From assembly GCA_963707635.1 (NCBI GenBank), contig OY970173.1, forward strand, positions 1,568,001-1,632,000: a DNA stretch of 64,000 nucleotides, given 5' to 3'. How positions within the stretch are numbered: position 1 is the stretch's first letter; each line of letters begins with the position of its first letter. The notes below the pieces were generated by a model that was not told where the DNA came from, did not search any database, and worked only from the letters and a program-made list of their open reading frames with translations. Origin of the DNA: Candidatus Latescibacterota bacterium (lineage in GTDB: Bacteria; Krumholzibacteriota; Krumholzibacteriia; WVZY01; JAKEHA01). Positions 1 to 11,896 of the stretch are shown here, in pieces. A program made the position numbers and the translations under genes.

Positions 1-1896
1 ATTCACTCCGGCGTCGGGCACTGCGAACACGCCGGCACCAAGATCAACCTGATCGACACGCCCGGGTATGAAGACTTCGTGGGTGACGTGCTGCTGGCGC
101 TCGACGTGGTGGAAGGCGCGATCATCGCGCTGCGCGCGGACGCGGGGGTGGAAGTCGGCACCGACCGGGTGTGGGGGTTCCTGCGCGACCACGGGCTGCC
201 GGGACTGTTCGTGGTGAACCGCATGGACAAGGAGCACGCGAATGTCGAAAACTGCCTCTCCGGGCTGACCGAGCACTTCGGCGGCGGCGTGCACGCCATG
301 CAGCTCCCGATCGGGAGCGGAGAGACGTTTCGCGGCGTCGTCGACCTGGTCGAGATGAAGGCCTACGAGTTCGAGAAAGACGGCAAGGCCACGAAACCGA
401 TCGAGGTTCCTGCCGACCTCAAGGAGCGCGCCGCCACGCTCCGGCGCGAGCTCATGGAGTCGGCCGCGGAATCCGACGAAGCTCTGATGGAGAAGTACCT
501 CGAGTCCGAGTCTCTCTCCGAGGAGGAGTTCCGGACCGGGCTCGCGGCGGGCATCAGGAGCGCGCAGCTCTTCCCGGTCCTGTTCGCGTCGGCCGCCCAT
601 AACCAGGGCGCCGCCCTCGTGCTCGACGCGGTCGTCAAGTACCTGCCCGCTGCGGATACCGGCCATTGTGTCACCTCCGACGGGAAGACGATCAAGACCG
701 ATACCACCGGCGCGCCGGTCGCGTATGTGTTCAAGAACATCTCCGACCCGCACGTCGGTGACATGTTGGTGGTGCGCGTGTTTCACGGCTCGCTGGCGCC
801 CGGCGCGGACGTCCACAACACCTCGCGCAACAGCTCGGAGCGTCTCGGCCAGCTGTTCGTGGTCAACGGCAAGAACCGCGAGGACACGGATCGGTTGCAG
901 GCGGGCGACATCGGCGCGCTGGTCAAGCTGCGCGTCACCAAGGTCCGCGACACGCTGGCCGACAAGGCGAGCGGCACCGTGGTGCGGCCGACCGACCTGC
1001 CCAGGCCGTCGATCAACTCCGCGATCCTGCCGGTGGCCAAGGGTGACGAAGAGAAGATGGGCACCGGTCTCCATCGCCTGATGGACGAAGATCCCACTTT
1101 CGAGGTCATCATGAGCGGGGAGACGCACCAGACCCTGATCGCGGGGCAGGGCGAATTGCACCTGGAAATCCTGGTGCACAAGCTCAAGCAGCGCTTCGGC
1201 GTGGCGGTGACGCTCGAGAAGCCGCGCATCCCGTACCGCGAGACCATCCGGCGCGCGGCCGAGGCGCAGGGCCGCCACAAGAAACAGACCGGGGGCCGCG
1301 GGCAGTTCGGCGACGTGTGGCTGAAGATCGAGCCGCTCTCCCGCGGCAAGCAGTTCGAGTTCGTCGACGGGGTGGTGGGCGGCGTCGTGCCCAACAAATT
1401 CATCCCGGCGGTGGAAAAAGGCGTGGTGGCGACCATGGAAATGGGTGTGATCGCCGGCTATCCGATGGTCGACGTGCGCGCCACCCTCTACGACGGGAGC
1501 TATCACACGGTCGATTCGTCCGAGCAGGCGTTCAAGACCGCCGGCTCCATCGCGTTCAAGGCGGCGGTGGAAAAGGCGAACCCGATCCTGCTCGAACCCA
1601 TCGTCAACCTGCAGGTCAAGGTGCCGGACGAGTTCATGGGCGACGTGATGGGTGACCTGAGCGGGCGTCGCGGCAAGATCCAGGGCACCGAGAACCAGGG
1701 CCGGTTCGCGATCATCAACGCGCAGGTTCCGATGTCGGAGCTATACAAGTATTCGACGCACCTTCGCTCGATGACGCAGGGGCGCGGGTCGCACACCCGC
1801 GAGTTCTCGCACTACGAAGAGGTCCCGCGCGAGGTCGCCGAGAAGATCATCGCCGAGCACAAGAGCCACGTCGAGGCGCAGAGCAAATCGCACTAG
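1..1896 (+). CDS. fusA: Elongation factor G family protein (EF-G2-like paralog), 5'-truncated by window edge
   Basis: Frame 1 is open from base 1 (IHSGVGHCEHAGTKINLIDTPGYEDFVG). Also KKQTGGRGQFGDV, DGSYHTVDSSE, LLEPI and LRSMTQGRG. DTPGY rather than DTPGH, and its position outside the str operon, suggest the second EF-G copy. Confidence 0.93.
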   Translation: MHSGVGHCEHAGTKINLIDTPGYEDFVGDVLLALDVVEGAIIALRADAGVEVGTDRVWGFLRDHGLPGLFVVNRMDKEHANVENCLSGLTEHFGGGVHAMQLPIGSGETFRGVVDLVEMKAYEFEKDGKATKPIEVPADLKERAATLRRELMESAAESDEALMEKYLESESLSEEEFRTGLAAGIRSAQLFPVLFASAAHNQGAALVLDAVVKYLPAADTGHCVTSDGKTIKTDTTGAPVAYVFKNISDPHVGDMLVVRVFHGSLAPGADVHNTSRNSSERLGQLFVVNGKNREDTDRLQAGDIGALVKLRVTKVRDTLADKASGTVVRPTDLPRPSINSAILPVAKGDEEKMGTGLHRLMDEDPTFEVIMSGETHQTLIAGQGELHLEILVHKLKQRFGVAVTLEKPRIPYRETIRRAAEAQGRHKKQTGGRGQFGDVWLKIEPLSRGKQFEFVDGVVGGVVPNKFIPAVEKGVVATMEMGVIAGYPMVDVRATLYDGSYHTVDSSEQAFKTAGSIAFKAAVEKANPILLEPIVNLQVKVPDEFMGDVMGDLSGRRGKIQGTENQGRFAIINAQVPMSELYKYSTHLRSMTQGRGSHTREFSHYEEVPREVAEKIIAEHKSHVEAQSKSH

Positions 1897-1910
1897 GAGC
1901 GGAAGGATAC

Positions 1911-2654
1911 ATGTCAGGACATTCCAAGTGGTCCCAGATCAAGCACAAGAAGGCGAAGACCGACGTCCAGAAGGGGAAGGTCTTCACCAAGCTCATCCGC
2001 GAGATCACCATCGCGGCGCGCCAGGGCGGCGGCGACCCGGCCGGCAATCCGCGCCTGCGCCTCGCCATCCAGACGGCGAAGGAAAGCAACATGCCCCACG
2101 AAAACATCCAGCGCGCCGTCAAGAAGGGGACGGGCGAGCTGGAGGGGCAGGTGCTCGAGGAGTTCTCGTACGAAGGCTACGGGCCGGCGGGGGTGGCGCT
2201 GATCATCGACGTGGTCAGCGACAACCGCAACCGCACCACCGGCGAGGTTCGCCACGCCCTGACCAAACACGGCGGCAGTCTGGGGGAGAATGGCTGCGTG
2301 GCCTGGAACTTCGACACCCGGGGCGTAATCGCGGTGGACCGCAAGCGCTCCGACGAGGATACTGTCATGACGGCCGCGCTCGAGGCGGGTGCTTCCGACG
2401 TGAGCGACGAGGGTGAGGTGTTCGAAGTGTACACCGACCCGGCGGAGCTGTCGGCGGTGGCCGACGCGCTCAAGCGCGCGGGTATCCCGTACGAAACGAC
2501 CGGCGTGCACAAGGTGCCCAGGACGTTCGTCAAGCTCCTGGGCGACGACGCGCGCAAGGTATTGCGGCTGGTGGAGGCACTCGAGGACCTGGACGACGTC
2601 CAGCGGGTGAGCGCGAACTTCGACATTCCCGACGAGATCCTGCAGCAGGGGTAA
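1911..2654 (+). CDS. yebC: YebC/PmpR family protein
   Basis: MSGHSKWSQIKHKK, YEGYGPAG and LEDLDDVQRVSAN; canonical position before ruvC. Confidence 0.97.
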   Translation: MSGHSKWSQIKHKKAKTDVQKGKVFTKLIREITIAARQGGGDPAGNPRLRLAIQTAKESNMPHENIQRAVKKGTGELEGQVLEEFSYEGYGPAGVALIIDVVSDNRNRTTGEVRHALTKHGGSLGENGCVAWNFDTRGVIAVDRKRSDEDTVMTAALEAGASDVSDEGEVFEVYTDPAELSAVADALKRAGIPYETTGVHKVPRTFVKLLGDDARKVLRLVEALEDLDDVQRVSANFDIPDEILQQG

Positions 2655-2702
2655 CCGGTCCTGCCTGCCGGGCGGGGGCGTCTCACCACGAGGAGGAGCG
2701 CG

Positions 2703-3191
2703 ATGTACCGGATACTCGGTGTGGATCCGGGGAGCAGCTGCACCGGGTACGGAGTCGTGCGCGGCAGCGGCGACGACGTTCGCTACCTCTCGTCCGGAAC
2801 CATATCGTCGCGGCGCACGGTGTCCCGCTACGACCGCCTGCGCGAGATCTACGCCGGGATCGAGCGCGTGATCCGCGAGTTCGAGCCGACCCACTTCGCC
2901 ATCGAGGACGTCTTCTACAGCAAGAACCCGCGCAGCGCGCTGGTGCTGGGCGAGGCGCGCGGCGCGGCGATTCTCGCCGCCACCCTGGCCGGCCTCCCGG
3001 TCTTCGAATACTCCGCGCGCGAAGTGAAACAGTCGGTCACCGGCAACGGCGCCGCCGACAAGACCCAGGTGAGCTTCATGCTCGGGCGTCTCCTGGGACT
3101 GTCGCCGTTACCAAAAAGCGCCGACGAATCGGACGCGCTGGCGGTGGCCATGTGCCACGCCTTCAAGCGCCGCGACTGGAGCGGCTCGTGA
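2703..3191 (+). CDS. ruvC: Crossover junction endodeoxyribonuclease RuvC
   Basis: ILGVDPGS..TGYGV, AIEDVF, LGEARG, VKQSVTGNGAADK, DESDALAVA. Confidence 0.97.
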   Translation: MYRILGVDPGSSCTGYGVVRGSGDDVRYLSSGTISSRRTVSRYDRLREIYAGIERVIREFEPTHFAIEDVFYSKNPRSALVLGEARGAAILAATLAGLPVFEYSAREVKQSVTGNGAADKTQVSFMLGRLLGLSPLPKSADESDALAVAMCHAFKRRDWSGS

Positions 3192-3778
3192 TCGCGCGCA
3201 TTCGCGGCCGCGTGGTCACGGCGGACCCCAAGTGCGTGGTCGAGGTCGGCGGCGTGGGCTTCGAGCTGGCCATTCCGGAGAAGGACCGCGAGTCGCTCGC
3301 GCCGGTGGAAGGCGAGACGACCTTCTATACCCACCTGGTCGTGCGCGAGGACCGCTTGAGCCTGTTCGGTTTTCTGCACCGCGACGACCGCGAATTGTTC
3401 CTGCGCCTGATCGAGGTCTCCGGCGTGGGTCCGAAGCTCGCGCTGGCGGTGCTCGCGACTCACTCCGCCGGCCGGGTCGTCGCCGCGATCAAGAACGGCG
3501 AGCACGGCTTTCTCTCCAAGATTCCGGGGATCGGCCGGAAGACCGCGGAGCGCCTCACGATCGAGCTGGGAGATAAGCTCGACGATCTCGCGGCGGCCTC
3601 GGAACCGGAGCGGCCTGGGTCGTCGATCCACGACGAAGTGATCCTCGCGCTGACCTCGCTGGGGATGACGCGCGGCGCGGCCGAAGGCGCGCTGGAACGC
3701 ATGGCGTGGCGGCCGGACGAAGACACGACCGTGGAAGACGTGGTCCGGCGCGCGCTCAAGTACGCATCCGGAGGCTAG
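3188..3778 (+). CDS. ruvA: Holliday junction branch migration protein RuvA
   Basis: GTG start overlapping the ruvC stop (MIARIRG); THLVVRED, VSGVGPKLA, IPGIGRKTAERL. Confidence 0.96.
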   Translation: MIARIRGRVVTADPKCVVEVGGVGFELAIPEKDRESLAPVEGETTFYTHLVVREDRLSLFGFLHRDDRELFLRLIEVSGVGPKLALAVLATHSAGRVVAAIKNGEHGFLSKIPGIGRKTAERLTIELGDKLDDLAAASEPERPGSSIHDEVILALTSLGMTRGAAEGALERMAWRPDEDTTVEDVVRRALKYASGG

Positions 3779-3790
3779 CTGAGCGAACCC

Positions 3791-4816
3791 ATGAACGAAC
3801 GCATCACCCATCCCGATCTGTCCGCGGAGGACGCCAAGAGCGACGCACTCCTGCGCCCGCGCAAGCTCGACGAGTTCGTCGGCCAGACCGAGCTGAAGCA
3901 GAACCTGCGCGTGTTCGTGGACGCCGCCCGCCAGCGCGGCGAGGCGCTCGACCACGTGCTGCTCTACGGCCCGCCCGGCCTCGGCAAGACCACGCTCGCC
4001 CACATCATCGCGAGCGAGCTCGAGGTGCCGATCAAGACCACATCGGGCCCGGCATTCCAGAACGCGGCCGAGCTGCTGGGCGTGTTGAGCCACGTCGAGA
4101 AGAACCAGGTGGTGTTCATCGACGAGATTCACCGCCTGCCGCGCATCCTCGAGGAGCACATGTACCAGGCGATGGACTCGCTCAAGTGCGAGCTGATCGT
4201 CGACAAGGGGCCGAACGCGCGTCACTACACGCTCAACATCGAGCCGTTCACCTTGATCGGCGCCACCACCCGCGCGGGCATGATCACCGCGCCGCTGCGC
4301 GACCGCTTCGGGGTGGTGCTGCGCCTGGACTTCTACACGCCGGACGAGCTGTGCACGATCGTCAAGCGCTCGGCCGGGATCCTCGGGGTCACGATTTCGG
4401 AAGACGGGGCGCAGGAGATCTCGCGCCGCTCGCGGGGGACACCGCGCATCGCCAACCGGTTGCTCAAGCGCACCCGCGACTTCGCCCAGGTGCAGGGCAA
4501 GGACGTGATCGACCGCGAGGCGGCCGATTTCGCGCTGGGACGCCTGCGCGTGGACACGCGCGGACTCGACGAGATGGACCGCCGGCTGCTATCGTCGATC
4601 GTCGAGAGATTCGCCGGCGGGCCGGTGGGGATCCAGTCGCTCGCGGTCGCGGTGGGCGAAGAACAGGAAACCATCGAAGACGTGTACGAACCGTTCCTGA
4701 TCCAGCAGGGATTCCTGCAGCGCACGCCGCGCGGACGGATCGCGACCTCGCTCGCACTCGCCCACCTCGGCCTCACCGCGCCGGCCGGCGAGGGCGAAAC
4801 GCCGGCGCTACTCTAA
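3791..4816 (+). CDS. ruvB: Holliday junction helicase RuvB
   Basis: LRP..LDEFVGQ, GPPGLGKTT, FIDEIHRL, GATTR, RGTPRIANRLL, YEPFLIQ. Confidence 0.98.
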   Translation: MNERITHPDLSAEDAKSDALLRPRKLDEFVGQTELKQNLRVFVDAARQRGEALDHVLLYGPPGLGKTTLAHIIASELEVPIKTTSGPAFQNAAELLGVLSHVEKNQVVFIDEIHRLPRILEEHMYQAMDSLKCELIVDKGPNARHYTLNIEPFTLIGATTRAGMITAPLRDRFGVVLRLDFYTPDELCTIVKRSAGILGVTISEDGAQEISRRSRGTPRIANRLLKRTRDFAQVQGKDVIDREAADFALGRLRVDTRGLDEMDRRLLSSIVERFAGGPVGIQSLAVAVGEEQETIEDVYEPFLIQQGFLQRTPRGRIATSLALAHLGLTAPAGEGETPALL

Positions 4817-4847
4817 GCACTGCTCTAATAGTCGTCGCGCGCGAGTC

Positions 4848-5888
4848 ATGCGTCTCGAGGAGTTCTCCTACCACCTGCCCGAAGAACTGATCGCCCAGTC
4901 GCCCGCCGCCGCGCGCAGCGCCAGCCGTCTCCTCGTGGCTGCGCGCCGCGGCAGCACCGCGGCGATCCACACCACGTTTGAACATCTCCCCGAGTTTCTG
5001 CACGCGGGCGACCTGGTGGTGGTGAATCGCACGCGCGTGGTGCCGGCGCGCCTGCTCGCGCGCCGCGACGACGGCCTCGAGGCCGAGGTGCTGTTTCTGC
5101 GCGCGCTTTCCGAACGGCGCTTCGTCGCGTGGGCGCGCCCGCTGCGCAAGCTTCGCGCCGGTGACGGCTTCCAGGTGGGCGCGGACGCGCGCATCCGCTG
5201 CCTCGAGCGCCTCGGCGAGCGCGAGGCCCTGTTCGAGGTGGAGTCGACGGACGCGACCGTGTTCGAGCTGCTGGATCGCTGCGGACACGTGCCGCTGCCG
5301 CCGTACATCCGGCGCGCGGACCAGGGCGAGGATCGCGAGCGCTACCAGACGGTGTTCGCGCGCGAGCCGGGGTCGGTGGCGGCGCCGACCGCGGGGCTGC
5401 ACTTCGACCGCCCCCTCCTCGACCGTCTCGCCGAGCGCGGCGTCACCGTCGCGTCGCTCGTGCTCCACGTCGGCGCCGGCACATTCGCGCCGCTGGATCA
5501 CGAACGGGTGGAGGAAAACCGCCTCCACGCGGAGCCGTTCGCGATCGGCGCGGACACGATTGCCGCCGTCGCGTCGGCGCGCGCGGAAAACCGACGGGTG
5601 GTTGCGGTCGGCACGACCACGACGCGCGCGCTCGAGGCGGCCGCGGCGTGGGGGTGGTTCGACGAGCCGCCCGCGGACCGCGCGGGCGAAACCGACCTCT
5701 TCATCCACCCCGGCTACGAGTTTCGCGTCGTGGACGCGCTGCTCACCAATTTCCATCTGCCGCGCTCCTCGCTGCTGGTGCTGGTGTGCGCGTTCATGGG
5801 AACGGATCGCGCGCTGCGCGAGTACGCCGGCGCCGTGACGGCGGGATACCGCTTCTTCAGCTACGGCGACGCCATGTTGATCGCATGA
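4848..5888 (+). CDS. queA: S-adenosylmethionine:tRNA ribosyltransferase-isomerase
   Basis: YHLPEELIAQ, PLPPYI, YQTVFA, AAPTAGLHF, TNFHLPRS, FFSYGDAM. Confidence 0.97.
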   Translation: MRLEEFSYHLPEELIAQSPAAARSASRLLVAARRGSTAAIHTTFEHLPEFLHAGDLVVVNRTRVVPARLLARRDDGLEAEVLFLRALSERRFVAWARPLRKLRAGDGFQVGADARIRCLERLGEREALFEVESTDATVFELLDRCGHVPLPPYIRRADQGEDRERYQTVFAREPGSVAAPTAGLHFDRPLLDRLAERGVTVASLVLHVGAGTFAPLDHERVEENRLHAEPFAIGADTIAAVASARAENRRVVAVGTTTTRALEAAAAWGWFDEPPADRAGETDLFIHPGYEFRVVDALLTNFHLPRSSLLVLVCAFMGTDRALREYAGAVTAGYRFFSYGDAMLIA

Positions 5889-5974
5889 GTCCGGCCTGCC
5901 CCCGTTGGTCCTTGGCGGCCGCGTGATTCCTTGGTAACGTCCACCCCGGGGCCGGCCCGCGCGGGGACCTGTTC

Positions 5975-8683
5975 ATGAAGAAAAAGCTCCTCATTATTGT
6001 GGCCGCGGTTGTGGTCGTCGTCGTCGTCGTGCTCGGCGTCGTCGCGGCGAACCTCGGCAAGATCGTCAACTCCCGCAAGGGAGACCTGCTGGCGCAGGCG
6101 AAGGCGCTCACCGGCCGCGAGGTGTCGGTCGGGGACGTCGGGGTCAAGTTCTGGCCGGGCGTCGGCATCAGCGTGCGCGACGTGGCCGTCGGGGACGACC
6201 CGGCCTACTCGTCGGAGCCGTTCGTGCGCGCGACGGAACTGCGCGTGAACGTGAAGGTGCTCCCGCTGTTCCGGCGACAGGTCGAGATCAAGCGCCTGGT
6301 GCTGACCGAACCGACCATCACGGTGATCAAGGGCGACGGCGGTCGCTTCAACTTCACCAGCTTGATCGAGGCGCTGGCGCCGCCGTCGACGGGGGCGAAG
6401 ACGCCGCCCGCGGCCGGCGCCGCCGCGGTGATCGCGTTTGCCGACATCGAGGCCGGGACGGTGCGCTACGTCGATCGCGTCGCCGGCGTCGACCGCAGCG
6501 TGAGCCAGATCGACTTCGAAATGCAGAACGCGCGCCTCGGCGCGGTGATCCACGCCACGCTCGCGGCCGCGGTCTTTTCCACCGACGCGCAGGACGTCCG
6601 CGTTGAGGCGAGTGTGGGACCGGTGGCCGACTCGTCGCCCGCGAGCCTCGCGAAAGCCCCGCTGGCCGCGACTCTCGAGCTCGCCCGGGTCGCCTTCGCC
6701 GACTTGATGAAATTTGCGCCCGCCGGGAAGACACCGCCGCCGGCGGGCAGCATCGAGGCGTCGGCGACGCTGTCGGGCACGCTGGGTGCGGCGCTGCTCG
6801 ACGAGCTGCGTGCGCGCGCGACGCTGTTCGGCGCGACGGAGCCCAACGCCGAAGTCGCGGCCTCGGGAGGACCGTTCGACCTGCTCGCCGACTCGACGCA
6901 GATCTTCGCGGCCGCGCGGCTGAAGGGAACCCTGACGGCCGGCCCGCTGCCGCTTTCGGCCGTGAAGCTCCCCCGCCCGGATCCGAAGGCCCCCGCGGCG
7001 ACGCTCGGCGGCGAGGCCAGCGCGCACGCTACATTTGACGGCGCGTTCACCGCGGTGGATTTCACCGGCGAGGTCGACGCGACCGCGGCATCGATCTCGC
7101 AGCCGCCGCAGTTCGAGAAGGCCGCCGGCGTTCCCGCGAAGGCGACCGTAAAGGGCACGTTTCGTCCGGCCAAGACGCCGGGCGAGGGCGTCGAGCTCAC
7201 CTCGATCGATGTGGTGTTGCACGCGCTCAAGGCCACCGGGTCCGGCCGCTTCGTTCCCTTCAAGGGCCGCGAAGCGATCGATCTCTCGTTCAAGGGCCGG
7301 ACGGCGATCGCCCCGTGGAAGGACCTGATGCCCGCGCTGGCGCTGTTCGCGCCGACCGGCGACGCGGATATCGCCGTCAAGGTGAGCGGCATGCCGAAAC
7401 CCGGAAGCCCGCCGAACGTGACCGGCACGGCGAGCTTTGCGAACGTGGGCGCCACGATTCCGCAGGTGCCGCAGCCGCTGCACGATGGGAAGGGAACGGT
7501 CGCGTTTACCGCAAAGACGGCGCGCATCGCGGGCGCCGCTTTCATGATCGGCAAGAGTGCGTTTCGCGTCGACGGCGAGGCGACCGCGCTCAAACCGCTG
7601 GCGGCGACCTACACGCTCACCTCGCCCGAGGTGTGGCGCGCGGACGTGCAGGCGGCGGCGCCCAACGCGCCCAGGCCCCCGCGCCCGGAAGTCTTTCGCG
7701 ACGTGACCGCACGCGGGCGGATGGTCGAGAAGGCTCCGACCGTGGTCGAGAACCAGATCGAACTCGTCTCGAAGAGCGGAGTGGTGTCGAACATCGACTA
7801 CACGGACCTCGCGGCGACGATGCGGGTGACTCCCGCGACCACGACCATCGATCAATTCTCCGCGAAGGCGATGGGCGGAACCGTGTCCGGCAAGGGCACC
7901 CTCGAGCCGAAGGAATCCAAATTCGCCCTGGCGACCAAGATCGAGAAGGTCAACCTCGCGGAGTATTTTCGGTACAAGTCGCCCGCGCTGGCGGACGCGC
8001 TGGTGGGCCGCATCGACGCGGACCTCACGCTGTCGGGGGCGGGTAAGACCTGGGAGGCCCTCCAACCCACGTTGGCGGGAGAAGGTACCGCGCTGGTGCT
8101 GGACGGCGCGTTTTTGAATGTAAACGTGATGGAGAAGATCGTCACGGCCATCCAGGGCATCCCGATGGTGCCACCGACCTTCGCCGCCGGGTTGCGCGAG
8201 AAGAATCCCAGACTCTTCAGCGAGAACAAGACCACGTTCCAGAAGCTCAATAGCAAGATCACGATCGCGAACGGCAAGATCCAGACGCCCGACCTGAAGC
8301 TCGTGACGCCGGACTTCGCGATCGCCGGAACCGGCTGGTTTTCGTTCGGCAAGGAGATGAACATCAATTCGACGCTCACGCTCTCGGAGAAGATGACGCG
8401 CGACATCGTCAATGAGTTCTCGATGGCCCAGTACCTGCTCTCGCCCCAGGGACGGCTGGAAGCGCCGCTCTCGCTCAAGGGTGCGATCATGAAGCCGACG
8501 GTGAGCGTGGACGCCGCCGCCCTCGCCGCGCGCGCGCAGAAATCGTTCATGCAGAACGCCGCGCCGCGCCAGAAGGTCGAGGAAGGGGTGCGGGAAGGGG
8601 TCAAGGATCTCCTCAAGGGACTCGACAAGAAGAAACCGGCGTCGAAGGCACCGGCGGACACCTCCAAGGTTCGCCCACGATGA
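5975..8683 (+). CDS. AsmA family protein (N-terminal TM, long beta-rich periplasmic region)
   Basis: 902 aa; single N-terminal TM; VKVLPL..RQVEIKRLVLTEP..G..NF AsmA-type N-terminus; AsmA-like C-terminus. Confidence 0.8.
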   Translation: MKKKLLIIVAAVVVVVVVVLGVVAANLGKIVNSRKGDLLAQAKALTGREVSVGDVGVKFWPGVGISVRDVAVGDDPAYSSEPFVRATELRVNVKVLPLFRRQVEIKRLVLTEPTITVIKGDGGRFNFTSLIEALAPPSTGAKTPPAAGAAAVIAFADIEAGTVRYVDRVAGVDRSVSQIDFEMQNARLGAVIHATLAAAVFSTDAQDVRVEASVGPVADSSPASLAKAPLAATLELARVAFADLMKFAPAGKTPPPAGSIEASATLSGTLGAALLDELRARATLFGATEPNAEVAASGGPFDLLADSTQIFAAARLKGTLTAGPLPLSAVKLPRPDPKAPAATLGGEASAHATFDGAFTAVDFTGEVDATAASISQPPQFEKAAGVPAKATVKGTFRPAKTPGEGVELTSIDVVLHALKATGSGRFVPFKGREAIDLSFKGRTAIAPWKDLMPALALFAPTGDADIAVKVSGMPKPGSPPNVTGTASFANVGATIPQVPQPLHDGKGTVAFTAKTARIAGAAFMIGKSAFRVDGEATALKPLAATYTLTSPEVWRADVQAAAPNAPRPPRPEVFRDVTARGRMVEKAPTVVENQIELVSKSGVVSNIDYTDLAATMRVTPATTTIDQFSAKAMGGTVSGKGTLEPKESKFALATKIEKVNLAEYFRYKSPALADALVGRIDADLTLSGAGKTWEALQPTLAGEGTALVLDGAFLNVNVMEKIVTAIQGIPMVPPTFAAGLREKNPRLFSENKTTFQKLNSKITIANGKIQTPDLKLVTPDFAIAGTGWFSFGKEMNINSTLTLSEKMTRDIVNEFSMAQYLLSPQGRLEAPLSLKGAIMKPTVSVDAAALAARAQKSFMQNAAPRQKVEEGVREGVKDLLKGLDKKKPASKAPADTSKVRPR

Positions 8684-8732
8684 GTTGCCGACCGGCTCCG
8701 CCGGCCACCGGCGCGCCCCCGGAGTAGGACCC

Positions 8733-10235
<1,503 letters not shown>

Positions 10236-10263
10236 GACGTGAATTGAAATGATCAGATGCACG

Positions 10264-10347
10264 CTCGTGCACTCCCCCTGTCGCCGTCCTCCCGCGCACA
10301 ATGTTGGCATGCGCGACTGCGGATTGGCTCCAGAGGGAGTGCACGAG
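10264..10347. repeat. ~84-nt intergenic hairpin element, copy 1
   Basis: Perfect 13-bp terminal inverted repeat CTCGTGCACTCCC...GGGAGTGCACGAG; core nearly identical to 20953-21035. Confidence 0.85.
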
Positions 10348-10382
10348 GTGCCGGGAGACGCAAACGCACGCATGAATCAGCC

Positions 10383-10901
10383 ATGACCATGAACCTCCGC
10401 TATTACGGAGATCCGATCCTGCGCAAGCGTGCCTCCGACGTGACCGCGTTCGACCGGGAGCTGCGCGACATCGTCGAGGGCATGACCGAGACCATGCGGC
10501 GGGAAGAGGGCGTGGGCCTGGCGGCGACGCAGGTCGGCCTCGACATGCGCCTGCTGGTCGCGCGCCGGATGGAGGACCCCGACGACGACGAGGCCGAACC
10601 CATCGTGCTGGTCAACGCCGAGGTCGTGGAGCGCTCGCGCGAAACGTGGGAGTACGAGGAAGGGTGCTTGAGCATCCCCGGCATTCGCGGCGACGTCACC
10701 CGGCCGCTGCGGGTCACGATTCGTTACCGCGATCTCGACGGCATTGAGCGCACGCTCGACGCCGAGGGGATGTTCGCCCGGGTGCTCCAGCACGAGATCG
10801 ACCACACCGAGGGGCGCTTGTTCATCGACTACCTCTCCGCCGCTGAGAAGGCGCTGCTCAAGCCGCGTCTCAAGAAGCTCGCCGACCGCCTGTCCGGCTA
10901 G
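10383..10901 (+). CDS. def: Peptide deformylase
   Basis: GVGLAATQVG, EGCLSIPG, QHEIDH. Confidence 0.97.
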   Translation: MTMNLRYYGDPILRKRASDVTAFDRELRDIVEGMTETMRREEGVGLAATQVGLDMRLLVARRMEDPDDDEAEPIVLVNAEVVERSRETWEYEEGCLSIPGIRGDVTRPLRVTIRYRDLDGIERTLDAEGMFARVLQHEIDHTEGRLFIDYLSAAEKALLKPRLKKLADRLSG

Positions 10902-10910
10902 ACGCGCAAC

Positions 10911-11864
10911 GTGCCCGAGACGTCGAAGAGAATCGTCTTCATGGGGAGTCCTGATTTCGCGGTGGCGTCGCTCGACGCGCTCTGCGACGCGGGGCGCTAT
11001 CGTCCGCTCCTGGTCGTCAGCCAGCCCGACCGGCCGCGAGGACGCGGTCGCACGCTCTCACCCACCCCGGTGCGCGCGCGCGCGCTGGCGCTCGGCATTC
11101 CCAGTCTGACCATGGAGAAGGTGACCTACGAAGACGGCGTGCGGCAGGTGGCGGCGGTTCGGCCGGACGCGATCGTGGTGGTGGCCTTCGGCCTGATTCT
11201 GCGCCGCGACCTGCTGGACCTCCCGCCGCACGGGTGCATCAACGTCCACGCGTCGTTGCTTCCCCGCCATCGGGGCGTCTCGCCGATCCAGGCCGCGATC
11301 CTCGCGGGCGACCCGGTCACCGGCTGCACGACCATGCATATCGACGAGGGCGTCGACACCGGCGACATCCTGCTCCAGGAGACGCTGCCCGTAGCGCCGG
11401 AGGACACGGCCGGCACGCTGTCGTCGCGGCTCGCCACACTCGGCGCGAGCCTGCTGGTGCGGACACTCGACGGCGTGTTCGCGGGTACGGTGAGCGCCAC
11501 CCCGCAGGATTCGTCGCTCGCGACGCTGACGCGCAAGATCCGCAAGCACCACGGGGCGATCGACTGGTCGCAGCCGGGCCGCGAGCTGGAGCGGCACGTG
11601 CGGGCCATGACCCCGTGGCCGAGCGCCTTCACGTTTCATCGCGGCCGCCGCGTGCTGGTCGTCGGCTGCGAATGGGCCGCAGGAGCGGCGGCCGAACCGG
11701 GCCGGGTGACCGCGCTCGAGCCGCTCACGGTTGCGTGCGGCGAGGGCGCGCTCCTCCTGCACTCGATCTGCCCCGAAGGGGGCCGCACGATGACGGCCGC
11801 CGAATACCTGGCCGGCCACCCGCTGGAGGTTGGAGAAATGCTGGGCCCCGGCCCGGCTCGTTGA
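10911..11864 (+). CDS. fmt: Methionyl-tRNA formyltransferase
   Basis: IVFMGSPDFA, QPDRPRGRG, INVHASLLPRHRG, DTGDI. Confidence 0.97.
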   Translation: MPETSKRIVFMGSPDFAVASLDALCDAGRYRPLLVVSQPDRPRGRGRTLSPTPVRARALALGIPSLTMEKVTYEDGVRQVAAVRPDAIVVVAFGLILRRDLLDLPPHGCINVHASLLPRHRGVSPIQAAILAGDPVTGCTTMHIDEGVDTGDILLQETLPVAPEDTAGTLSSRLATLGASLLVRTLDGVFAGTVSATPQDSSLATLTRKIRKHHGAIDWSQPGRELERHVRAMTPWPSAFTFHRGRRVLVVGCEWAAGAAAEPGRVTALEPLTVACGEGALLLHSICPEGGRTMTAAEYLAGHPLEVGEMLGPGPAR

Positions 11865-11896
11865 CGCGCGGCGTCGCCCCGGTCTACAGTGCACCC

